Part shown: in pieces, positions 8,881 to 17,197 of the stretch
Layout of the letters: each line of letters begins with the position of its first letter
Position numbering within the stretch: position 1 is the stretch's first letter
Assembly: GCA_003251775.1 (NCBI GenBank)
Contig: QKEK01000156.1
Coordinates: 24,855 to 88,854 of the forward strand
Direction of reading: 5' to 3'
Source of the DNA: Clostridia bacterium
Lineage (GTDB): Bacteria; Bacillota; Clostridia; DSM-8532; SZUA-474
Length of the DNA: 64,000 nt
Made by a program: the position numbers and the translations under genes
The notes under the pieces: generated by a model
What the model saw: the letters and a program-made list of their open reading frames with translations, nothing else
Databases searched by the model: none
What the model was told of the DNA's origin: nothing

Positions 8881-10666
8881 ATAAACCCCTAATTTCATCT
8901 TCAAAAGTAGGAAGAGGAATAAAATATCCATCTTCACTAATAGCTATCTTTTTATTAATAGCCCAAATTTGATCAGAACTCCCGGTAAATTCACAATTTT
9001 TAAGTAATAACCTAACTAAATTATCCGAAAGCTCACACTTTAAATCGGTTCCATCAAGACCTCTAGTGTCCAGTAAAACCACACTACCATTACCCTGCTT
9101 GCAAATGTGAAGCCTTGGTTTACTAAATTCAGACCTCCACTTATCTCTCCAGCCCTGGGCAAGCTTTATAACCCTCTCTATAACATCGGAATTTAAGGTC
9201 TCATATTTATAGTCACCACTGTGAATTATTGCAATTTTATCACTGTCTGCCCATTCTGGAAAAACTTTTCTATAAGAATCTATTGGTTTAATGTTGGAAA
9301 TACCAAATTTTTGTGGGTAATTTAGGCAAGGGCTAAATTTTACCAAAGTCATGTGGAAAGCTCCCAAAGGTGGAATTAAATGCTCTATTAATGGAATTAA
9401 CTTAACAACCCTCTCGTAATCCTCAATAGTCTCCCCGGGAACACCCCAGACCATATTCCAAAAAACAGAAATTCCGACATTTGTAGCATCTCTTAAAAAT
9501 TGAATATTCTGTTTTAAAGTATTACCCTTTTGCATTTTATTTAAAACAGTTGTAGATAAACTCTCAATTCCGGGCTGAATATCAGTAACCCCTGCATTTT
9601 TAAGCATAATTAGCTGTTGGTGGGTTAACCCGGCCTTCTCTTCGTAATAAAATTTCCAACCATCTTTTAAAGTGGCAATTTTTTGCAAAAAACCGCTAAA
9701 AAAAGAGTAAGGCATAATTAAATCTGCCATATGCAAGTATTTAATACCCCACTTTTTAGCACTTTCAAACTCCCTAAGAAGCCTATCCTCACTCTTTTGT
9801 CTATACTTTACTCTATCAGAAGTCCCGCAAAAGCAGCATTGACTCTTCTCTCCCCACCAGCAACCCCGGCTACTCTCCATAGCAAGGCTTAAACCACCCT
9901 TATTTGCAAATTTCTCTGGTAGCCACCTCTCAAGCTGGGTAAAAAAATCAGAATAATCTAAATCGGGTATCCCATCCAAATCCATAACAGGCTCGCTATA
10001 AATAACCCGCTCTTTTGGTAAAACCCCACTGTTCAAACCATGTAAAAAATTGACAAAACTAACTTCACTCTCACCGGAAAAAACATAATCCAGAAACTCC
10101 CTATCGGGATCAAGGGAGACAATACCTATAGCAGAATCCCCCTCGCAATTAAATCCGCCTGTAAAAGTAACAACATTAGGGTTACTGCTCTTAATAGCCC
10201 TAAGTATAGAAACCCCTGCATTAATCTGCTCAAAACTGCTGGTAACCCCAACAACGTTGTAAGGGATATCCCTAAACCTCTCATATAGTTCACTAATCCA
10301 CTCCCCGGCATAATTAGCTGTTTTTATTAAATCTTTAACAGGAATATCACTATCTTCAGGAAAAAACCGTACAGGGCTCTTATTACACTTATACAAAGTG
10401 AAATAATCATACAAATCCTTTCCAAATTGCTCAGGAACACTATCTCCCCAGGCTGTTTTAGCAAATGGCCTCTCTCCTAGCAGAAAATAGTTCATTTTAC
10501 AGTAATCATTGTATAAATCCCCAATTCTGGCAGCAAACTCCATATTTGCATATAGAATATCAACATTATATCCAGCTTCTTTACCGCAAGCCTGTAAAGT
10601 GTGCATAGCTAGGGATTGAATCTCGCAGGATCCAAAAGGTGGTACAATCAATAAAACATTAATCAC
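8873..10666 (-). CDS. B12-binding-domain radical SAM protein resembling RiPP-maturation radical SAM C-methyltransferases (TIGR03975-like)
   Basis: The N-terminus is a Rossmann-like B12-type domain (VLLIVPPF...ILYANMEFAARIG). The Cys cluster reads SSRGCWWGEKSQCCFCG...YRQKS. Length is about 600 aa. The GTG start overlaps the upstream stop (GTGATTAA). Confidence 0.75.
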   Translation of the reverse strand: MINVLLIVPPFGSCEIQSLAMHTLQACGKEAGYNVDILYANMEFAARIGDLYNDYCKMNYFLLGERPFAKTAWGDSVPEQFGKDLYDYFTLYKCNKSPVRFFPEDSDIPVKDLIKTANYAGEWISELYERFRDIPYNVVGVTSSFEQINAGVSILRAIKSSNPNVVTFTGGFNCEGDSAIGIVSLDPDREFLDYVFSGESEVSFVNFLHGLNSGVLPKERVIYSEPVMDLDGIPDLDYSDFFTQLERWLPEKFANKGGLSLAMESSRGCWWGEKSQCCFCGTSDRVKYRQKSEDRLLREFESAKKWGIKYLHMADLIMPYSFFSGFLQKIATLKDGWKFYYEEKAGLTHQQLIMLKNAGVTDIQPGIESLSTTVLNKMQKGNTLKQNIQFLRDATNVGISVFWNMVWGVPGETIEDYERVVKLIPLIEHLIPPLGAFHMTLVKFSPCLNYPQKFGISNIKPIDSYRKVFPEWADSDKIAIIHSGDYKYETLNSDVIERVIKLAQGWRDKWRSEFSKPRLHICKQGNGSVVLLDTRGLDGTDLKCELSDNLVRLLLKNCEFTGSSDQIWAINKKIAISEDGYFIPLPTFEDEIRGLYE

Positions 10667-11726
10667 AAATTAGCTCCAAAACTTTTTGACAATAAAATTT
10701 ATCATTAGACCCAACATTATGGTACTCATCGGATGGGCGTAATTTTCCACTTTCTCTACACTTACACAAAAATCTGCAACCAGAACACAAAGGACTCTCA
10801 CTTTCAGTATTTTCTATATATAGGGATGATGATAAAATACTCTCCAAAACCCCTTTTGTGTAACTTCCCAAGTTAATATTGCAGGAATGGTTTAGTGTTA
10901 TATTTAAATTTTGCAGTACAACAATTTTACCAGCTCTGGAAATCTCAGGGGATGGAGTTAGCCATTTTAGTCCTAACTCTTTTGCAACAACTGTGGTCAG
11001 TGAATTTTCCAGAATAAAACTGTTATATCCACCAAGTGTTAAAAAACCTGCAATTTTAACCAGTGCTATTAAATCTTCTGGTTCAAGTTTTAAATCTGAA
11101 ACATTATAATATTCACTCTCAATACCCCTAAGCTGTATAAAAACAACTGCTTTAATACCCGGGTAGGAATTATATAAATCACTGGTAAATTTAGGTAGGG
11201 AATTCAAATTACTTTTACTAACAACACAATAAACTGTTACAGATAGTCCAAATTCCAGACCGATTTTTAAACCTTCTGTAGCTAATTTGTAGGACCCTGC
11301 ACCCCTTACACTATCATGCTCATCTTTATACCCATTAATTGTGCAGCTATACTCAATTATTCCATTATATTTAGCTAGTTTACTGCAAACTTCTTTTGTA
11401 ATCAGGTGCCCGTTAGTATTTAAAAAAATATATGTATAACCCATATTAACAGCCAATTCTAAAAAATCATACAAATGTGGCCACAATAGTGGTTCACCAC
11501 CGGTTATACTTAATTGGGTATATCCTAACTCTTTGCCTTCTTTTGCAATCTCAATTGCAGTATCCAGGTTAATATGGGCTAGTTTTTCTGTGTTTTCGTG
11601 GGCAAAACAATTTTTACATTTTAAATTACACTTTGTTGTTACTTCTATTGATATCATTAAAAAAGGATAACCCATTTTTTGAAATAAATAAATTAAATAT
11701 GAATTTTGACAACTCAACAATTTCAT
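10659..11726 (-). CDS. Radical SAM / SPASM-twitch domain protein
   Basis: It has the CX3CX2C motif (TTKCNLKCKNC), a GGEPLL SAM-binding motif, and a C-terminal Cys cluster CSGCRFLCKC...C. The start is uncertain, with alternative ATGs at 11675 and 11654. There is no room for an N-terminal RRE domain. Confidence 0.8.
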   Translation of the reverse strand: MKLLSCQNSYLIYLFQKMGYPFLMISIEVTTKCNLKCKNCFAHENTEKLAHINLDTAIEIAKEGKELGYTQLSITGGEPLLWPHLYDFLELAVNMGYTYIFLNTNGHLITKEVCSKLAKYNGIIEYSCTINGYKDEHDSVRGAGSYKLATEGLKIGLEFGLSVTVYCVVSKSNLNSLPKFTSDLYNSYPGIKAVVFIQLRGIESEYYNVSDLKLEPEDLIALVKIAGFLTLGGYNSFILENSLTTVVAKELGLKWLTPSPEISRAGKIVVLQNLNITLNHSCNINLGSYTKGVLESILSSSLYIENTESESPLCSGCRFLCKCRESGKLRPSDEYHNVGSNDKFYCQKVLELICD

Positions 11727-11807
11727 AGTTGCTAAATAAAGATGGTTACTAAGAAAATGGAAGGTCGTAAAGATAATGACAAAATTACGGACTGGTTCAA
11801 AACCTTA

Positions 11808-12911
11808 TTAAATGGATTTCTTAAGTAATTCAAGCAGCTTAAGGTTTATAAATATTTTTTCTCTTCCAATTTTGTACTGCTTTAATATTCCTACATCCTC
11901 TAATTGCACTAAATATTTAGATGCAGCTTTTCTTTCTATTCCAAGAACATTTACTAAAAACTCAATTTTACAGTATGGATGCACAAATAATTCTTCTACA
12001 AGTTCTTTAGAGTATATTTTAGGTAGAGATTTTTTGACATATTCAACGGTCTCATCTAGCAAGTCTTTTATTTTTACTATTTTATTAATTGTTTCCTTTG
12101 CAACAATTTCAACACCTTTCAGTATATAAATTATCCAATCTTCCCAGTTTTCATTTATTGTAACTTCTCTTAATAATCGATAATATTCCGATTTATTTTT
12201 TATTATATATGAACTTAAATATAATATTGGTATATCTAAATATTCTTTAAGAATCAGAAATAATATATTTATAATTCGACCTGTTCTCCCATTCCCGTCA
12301 TAAAATGGATGAATTGATTCAAACTGATAGTGAATAATTGCCATTTTAGATAGTGAATCACTATCATTATTTAAATATGCTACTAAATTTCCTAATAATT
12401 GATTAATAATTTCTTCACTTTGAGGAGGTGTATAAACAACTTCTCCTGTTTGGTCATTTATTAATTTTGTTCCTGTTGTTTTTCTAATTCCTGCATCATT
12501 TTTTAACAATAATATCTGTATATCTATAATATCCTTTACAGAAAGAATTTTTCTTTCTGTTATTCTTTTAAATCCAGCATGTAGAGCTTCTCGATAATAT
12601 AACACCTCTTTTATGGCAGGGTTATTAATATTTTGATTTCCAGAAATAGCTTTATATAATTCATCCTGGGTTGTTATAATATTTTCAATCTCTGAACTAT
12701 CTTTAGCTTCTTGTAAAATTATTGCATTAATCAGTATTGATTGATTAGGAATTATTTTTGCTATTCCTTTCAATTCTGCTATTGCTGAACGGCTTTTATT
12801 TTCCTGTTTTAGTATATTTATTGTTTCTATTTTATCATTTACTGGGGGTAATAATGGTAAATTATTGTATGGTATTTTTGGATTAAATGTATTCATGCGT
12901 ACCATTATCAC
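11808..12911 (-). CDS. Fic family protein (AMPylase-type; Fic_N plus Fic plus C-terminal wHTH-like)
   Basis: The Fic motif HPFYDGNGRTGR lies at 12276-12311. An N-terminal inhibitory-helix-like motif SSEIEN, fitting (S/T)xxxE(G/N), lies at 12681-12698. The start may be the ATG at 12896. Confidence 0.9.
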   Translation of the reverse strand: MIMVRMNTFNPKIPYNNLPLLPPVNDKIETINILKQENKSRSAIAELKGIAKIIPNQSILINAIILQEAKDSSEIENIITTQDELYKAISGNQNINNPAIKEVLYYREALHAGFKRITERKILSVKDIIDIQILLLKNDAGIRKTTGTKLINDQTGEVVYTPPQSEEIINQLLGNLVAYLNNDSDSLSKMAIIHYQFESIHPFYDGNGRTGRIINILFLILKEYLDIPILYLSSYIIKNKSEYYRLLREVTINENWEDWIIYILKGVEIVAKETINKIVKIKDLLDETVEYVKKSLPKIYSKELVEELFVHPYCKIEFLVNVLGIERKAASKYLVQLEDVGILKQYKIGREKIFINLKLLELLKKSI

Positions 12912-13118
12912 ACTTTTTTGTACATTTGAATACGTATATGTGTCTATTATTTAATTATTGGTACATATTTTCCTAATATGCTCCTATTTTTTATATTTGA
13001 TCCCAAATTCCATTTAACATTAATAGTTCTGCTTTAGGTATTATGTACTATCTCAGGGCTTTTTTATTTATAAATAGCTATTATGTATTATGTTGACAAT
13101 ATATAATGGTAATTATGT

Positions 13119-13147
13119 TTGACAAGTAGCTCAACCACTAATATTAT
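13119..13147 (+). promoter_or_regulatory. Near-consensus sigma70 promoter for the small Nif11-like gene
   Basis: TTGACA (13119-13124), a 17-nt spacer, then TATTAT (13142-13147). A strong RBS AAGGAAGG follows (about 13166-13173) before the ATG at 13178. A second TTGACA lies at 13093-13098. Confidence 0.5.
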
Positions 13148-13177
13148 ATTAACTATGTTTATTTAAAAGGAAGGTAT

Positions 13178-13384
13178 ATGAAAAATTTTATTGATTTTAT
13201 TGTAGACGCTGCAAAAGACAGTACATTAGGTGAAGAACTAAAGAAACATCTAGACTCTTCTGACCACAAAACAATTGCATCATGGCTTGGTGACAAAGGT
13301 TACGATGTTCAAGAAGGTGATGTGAAAAAGATTGTTGATAATAAAGAAGAGATCAAAACAGGTAGTTTAGGGTACGCATACTAA
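13178..13384 (+). CDS. Small acidic Nif11-domain-like protein or candidate leader-type peptide (68 aa)
   Basis: MKNFIDFIVDAAKDSTLGEELKK...IASWLGDKGYDVQEGDV matches the Nif11 / Nif11-leader pattern (xxFxxxVxxDxxLxxxLK...AxxxGFxxxxxDL). It has a strong promoter and RBS and ends ...KTGSLGYAY. Confidence 0.55.
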   Translation: MKNFIDFIVDAAKDSTLGEELKKHLDSSDHKTIASWLGDKGYDVQEGDVKKIVDNKEEIKTGSLGYAY

Positions 13385-13409
13385 TTATCTTTATGGAGAA
13401 ATTTTGCTT

Positions 13410-15479
13410 ATGAAGTGTGTAAAAAATCTATTATTATTTCTGCTATTGTTGATAGTAAGTTTCCTTTATTCAGAGGTAATTGAGGAAAACGATTATATTA
13501 CGGAAATAAAATCTTTTGATAAACCTCATGAATTAATTTCTCCATGGATAATCCAATCTGTTGCTGATAATGTTACGATGGATGATACTATAAAAAATCC
13601 TTCATATGTTGTGACACCCTTTTCTCCTTGGCAGTTTAGTGTTCCTGAATTAGCTAATTATTATGGTAAATCATTATACACATTAACATTTAAAATTTCT
13701 AATGAAGATATAATTAATGATAATGGTTTATATATCCCTGTTTCTTATAGTGGGTATGAATTATTTTTAAATAAGAGATTAATACATAAAACATATAATT
13801 TAAGTGATTTATCACAAAAAGTGGTAATTATTCCAAATGGACTTCTTACTTTAGGGGTTAATGAAATTGGAATAGTTTCTTCGACAGCAAGTGGTTGGGG
13901 TGGCTTTGGAGGTGGTTCACAGATTAAAATTGGAAAATATGATAATTTATTAAAAAATTATATAATAGATGTAATTATTAAAATTAGTATTAGTGCAATA
14001 TGTTTCTTCTTGAGTATATATTTTATTTTCTTTTATATGTTTAGAAGAGGTGAAAAATATAATATCTTTTTTTCTGGTTTCTGCTTGGCTGTAGGAATGT
14101 TTATAATGGGTTATTATGGGTTTTGGTATTATTTCTTTGACTACCCTTGGGCATATTGGGTTTTAACATTTATTGGTGGTATAAACATGTACCTTATGCC
14201 AATATTGTTTATTAGTTCATTCTATGGTGACAGGTTAACTCTTTTTTCTAAAATATTAGCTGGTTTTTATTGCTTCCTATCTATGTTTGTTATAGTAGAG
14301 TATCTGATTACAGGTCAGATATTCTATTTTAACAAATACTTATATTTAGGCTTTAACTTTAGTTATATTATTCTTGTTGTGTATTTAAACATTATGAGTA
14401 TTAAAGCTGTTAGAAAAAAACAAATGTATTCCAAACTAATGTTAATAAGTATTATTTTGTTATCTGTTACATTTGTGTATAGTATGCTTTGTTTTGCTGT
14501 TATAATTATAAAACCACCATTAATAGGTGAAGGCTTCTTCCTTATGGCTGTGGTATATTCTATTGTTCTTGCTAGAAGATATGCTGATACTCATGTTATG
14601 CTTGAGAATTCATTAACTGTTAATATGGAATTAAACAGGACTCTGGAAGTTAGGGTTGCAGAGAGAACTAAAGAGTTAAATGATCAGAAACAGGAGATGG
14701 AAGATAGTATAGTTTATGCATCCAGGATTCAGACAACAATGCTGCCTTTTAACAATGTATTATCTAAACATTTTTCAGACTTTTTTACATATTGGAGACC
14801 AAAAGATATTGTTGGTGGAGACTCTTACTGGTTCCATGAGACAGAAGATGGATTTATATATGCAGTATTAGATTGTACAGGACATGGGGTACCTGGAGCT
14901 GTATTATCAACAACAGCAAATAATATGCTGGACACAATAGTCACCTACAAGAATAGTGATGATCCTGCAAAAATATTGCAGGAATTAAATATTACATTTA
15001 AAAGAATACTAAGCCAGGAGAACCCATTCGATATTGCAGATGATGGGCTTGATATTGGTCTATGCTGCTATTCATACAGTACAAATGTTATGAAGTATGC
15101 AGGGTCTAAAATCAGGTTACACTATGTTAAACCCGGGGATGCAGAGCTATCGGAAGTTCGAGGGAATAGTCAGGGAATTGGTTATAAAAGATCAAAAGCA
15201 AATTACGCCTATACCAATCATACAGTACCTGTAACCCAGGATACTATGTTTTTTATGACAACAGACGGATATCTTGATCAGCATGGTGGTCAGAGAGATT
15301 TTGGATTTGGTTGGACCAGATACAAAGATGTTCTATTCGACAACAGAAAGAGAAGCATGGAAGAGCAAAAAAACGCTTTAACTATTGCAATAAAGGAATT
15401 TCAAGGCGATAATGAACAGAGAGATGATATTACAGTTGTCGGATTTAAAATAAAAGTGAGACCAGAGGCAAAAAAGTAA
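13410..15479 (+). CDS. 7TMR-DISM sensor PP2C/SpoIIE-type serine phosphatase (SiaA-like)
   Basis: A signal peptide and extracellular domain are followed by 7 TM helices and a coiled coil. The PP2C blocks are VGGDSYWF, DCTGHGVPGA, TDGYLDQ and DDITVVGF. A DUF1987/SiaC-like gene follows. Confidence 0.8.
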   Translation: MKCVKNLLLFLLLLIVSFLYSEVIEENDYITEIKSFDKPHELISPWIIQSVADNVTMDDTIKNPSYVVTPFSPWQFSVPELANYYGKSLYTLTFKISNEDIINDNGLYIPVSYSGYELFLNKRLIHKTYNLSDLSQKVVIIPNGLLTLGVNEIGIVSSTASGWGGFGGGSQIKIGKYDNLLKNYIIDVIIKISISAICFFLSIYFIFFYMFRRGEKYNIFFSGFCLAVGMFIMGYYGFWYYFFDYPWAYWVLTFIGGINMYLMPILFISSFYGDRLTLFSKILAGFYCFLSMFVIVEYLITGQIFYFNKYLYLGFNFSYIILVVYLNIMSIKAVRKKQMYSKLMLISIILLSVTFVYSMLCFAVIIIKPPLIGEGFFLMAVVYSIVLARRYADTHVMLENSLTVNMELNRTLEVRVAERTKELNDQKQEMEDSIVYASRIQTTMLPFNNVLSKHFSDFFTYWRPKDIVGGDSYWFHETEDGFIYAVLDCTGHGVPGAVLSTTANNMLDTIVTYKNSDDPAKILQELNITFKRILSQENPFDIADDGLDIGLCCYSYSTNVMKYAGSKIRLHYVKPGDAELSEVRGNSQGIGYKRSKANYAYTNHTVPVTQDTMFFMTTDGYLDQHGGQRDFGFGWTRYKDVLFDNRKRSMEEQKNALTIAIKEFQGDNEQRDDITVVGFKIKVRPEAKK

Positions 15480-15850
15480 TGATTGATATACAAGCAGGAA
15501 AGTCAACACCAAGAGTTTTATTAGATAATCATAGTGGAGTATATTTAATTGAGGGACAGTCATACCCTGAGAATTCCAGTGCATTTTATGAACCAATAAT
15601 TGATTGGTTTAAGAAATTTATACAAGTCTCAAAAGAAGAGATTAATTTAAAAGTAAAGTTAATATATTTAAATACAAGTAGTACAAAAGCAATGTTTTAT
15701 TTGTTTGATCTGTTGGATGAATCTTATAAGAAAGGTTCAAAAATTAGAATTGAATGGTACTATGATGTAGAAAATGAGATGGCCCACGATACAGGCATCG
15801 ATCTATTGGAAGATTTAACACTTCCTTACAAAATTATTCCTGTTTTGTAA
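15479..15850 (+). CDS. SiaC-like (DUF1987) regulatory phosphoprotein
   Basis: TPRVLLD..GVYLIEGQSYPENSSAFYEPIIDWF and YLNTSSTK match the DUF1987 pattern. The start overlaps the phosphatase stop (TAATG). Confidence 0.75.
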   Translation: MIDIQAGKSTPRVLLDNHSGVYLIEGQSYPENSSAFYEPIIDWFKKFIQVSKEEINLKVKLIYLNTSSTKAMFYLFDLLDESYKKGSKIRIEWYYDVENEMAHDTGIDLLEDLTLPYKIIPVL

Positions 15851-16391
15851 AATATTCTGTTTTTATTGAGAAAAAAGTCTCTCCAGAAGGGAGAGTGTCG
15901 AAATTGTATTCAACATTATCTGCTTTTCTGCTTAACTCAATTAACCCAAGGCTTGCACCTTTGCTAAGTTCATTTAGATTGTCGTTTCTTAACTGATATT
16001 TAAAAAGCTTGTTTAATTCATCCCTGGATTTACCTTTTAGTTCTTCAAGTCGCTCTTTTAAAACAGTTTCGTGCTCCTTGTCTACAGGGTTTCCACTAAT
16101 TATAAAAATGTTCCCATTCTCAATACCTGTAAGTATTAGACCATGGCTCATTCTTGTTCCATCCTCTTCCTTAATAGTATTGGAAGAGTAGTGTAAAATA
16201 TTTTGTGCTTGTTCAATAAAAAGGCTCAAGTAACGGCTGTTCATTCGAAGTGCAGAGTAAGATGACAGTTTTTTGTTCATAACCAAACTTATCTCTTCGA
16301 TCATCTCCTGTAAAAAAGGTCCCTGGTAACTTAAAACAATCCCATCTTTATTAAAAATATTATAATATTTGGAAACATCTTCAATCTTCAT
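15834..16391 (-). CDS. SiaB-like small protein kinase
   Basis: The N-terminal block GIVLSYQGPFLQEMIEEIS fits the SiaB pattern ILxxxxGPxxxxLIEEIG. It is 185 aa and overlaps the upstream GGDEF gene by 11 nt. Confidence 0.65.
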   Translation of the reverse strand: MKIEDVSKYYNIFNKDGIVLSYQGPFLQEMIEEISLVMNKKLSSYSALRMNSRYLSLFIEQAQNILHYSSNTIKEEDGTRMSHGLILTGIENGNIFIISGNPVDKEHETVLKERLEELKGKSRDELNKLFKYQLRNDNLNELSKGASLGLIELSRKADNVEYNFDTLPSGETFFSIKTEYFTKQE

Positions 16392-17139
16392 AACTATTTA
16401 CCATATTCCTTCCACCAATTTTACTCTTATATAGCTCTTTATCTGCAAGTTCAAGACATTTGTTAATTCCATATTCCGGATTATATCCACAAACTCCCAA
16501 AGATATTGTAACATTAATTTGGCAATCGTTAAATGACATTTTTAAATTCTCTATTTTTTCTCTCATTTTTTCAGCCAAAATCTTGGCACCTTCTATATTG
16601 GTGTCAGGCAGTGCAAGTAAAAACTCCTCTCCTCCCCATCTTGCTATATGGTCGAAGGCTCGTAATGATGTGCAAAGTGTATCGGAAATTTCTTTCAGAA
16701 CTAGATCTCCGGTTAAATGACCATAGGAGTCATTAATTCGTTTAAAGTGATCAATATCAATAATAATTATTGAAAATGCATCCCCAAATCTTTTGTTCCG
16801 AGTAATTAATTCTGTAAGAAAATTATTAATTCCTCGTCTGTTATGTAATCCTGTTAAAGAGTCTGTAAGAGCAAGTTTTTTAAGCTTTTCCTCTGCTTGA
16901 GTAAGTTTAATTACTTTTTCCTCAACAATTTCGTTAGTTTCAATAAGTTTTTTTTGATTATAATCAGCCATATTGATCAGTTTTTGAGTCTGTTTTAAAA
17001 GTTTCTCATAATTTGACGCTAAATATCGATACTCTTTTCTTAGATGCGAGATATCTAGGTCTAGTTTATTAGAAATTTTATCAGCATGGTTTAAAATCTC
17101 AATTTCAGTTGTAAATATTCCATCTTCCACTATAGCCAT
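16381..17139 (-). CDS. Cytoplasmic coiled-coil GGDEF diguanylate cyclase (SiaD-like)
   Basis: It has DSLTGLHNRR...GGEEF with an RAFD I-site and an N-terminal coiled coil. It is the first gene of a two-gene operon with the SiaB-like gene. Confidence 0.8.
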   Translation of the reverse strand: MAIVEDGIFTTEIEILNHADKISNKLDLDISHLRKEYRYLASNYEKLLKQTQKLINMADYNQKKLIETNEIVEEKVIKLTQAEEKLKKLALTDSLTGLHNRRGINNFLTELITRNKRFGDAFSIIIIDIDHFKRINDSYGHLTGDLVLKEISDTLCTSLRAFDHIARWGGEEFLLALPDTNIEGAKILAEKMREKIENLKMSFNDCQINVTISLGVCGYNPEYGINKCLELADKELYKSKIGGRNMVNSYED

Positions 17140-17197
17140 TACTCAATTTTATTTCCAATAAGGTAAAAGGTAAATCTTTTTTTTAAAATTATTAATT

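Noticed and set aside
11743-11829. 28-aa plus-strand mini-ORF (MVTKKMEGRKDNDKITDWFKTLLNGFLK) between Fic and the rSAM gene as a possible precursor peptide
   Set aside because: It is on the opposite strand to the rSAM operon, overlaps the Fic 3' end, and has no RBS. The minus strand of this gap has no ATG-initiated ORF at all.
11808-12911. Fic as the toxin of a toxin-antitoxin pair
   Set aside because: No small adjacent antitoxin ORF is present. The protein carries its own N-terminal inhibitory (S/T)xxxE(G/N)-type motif.
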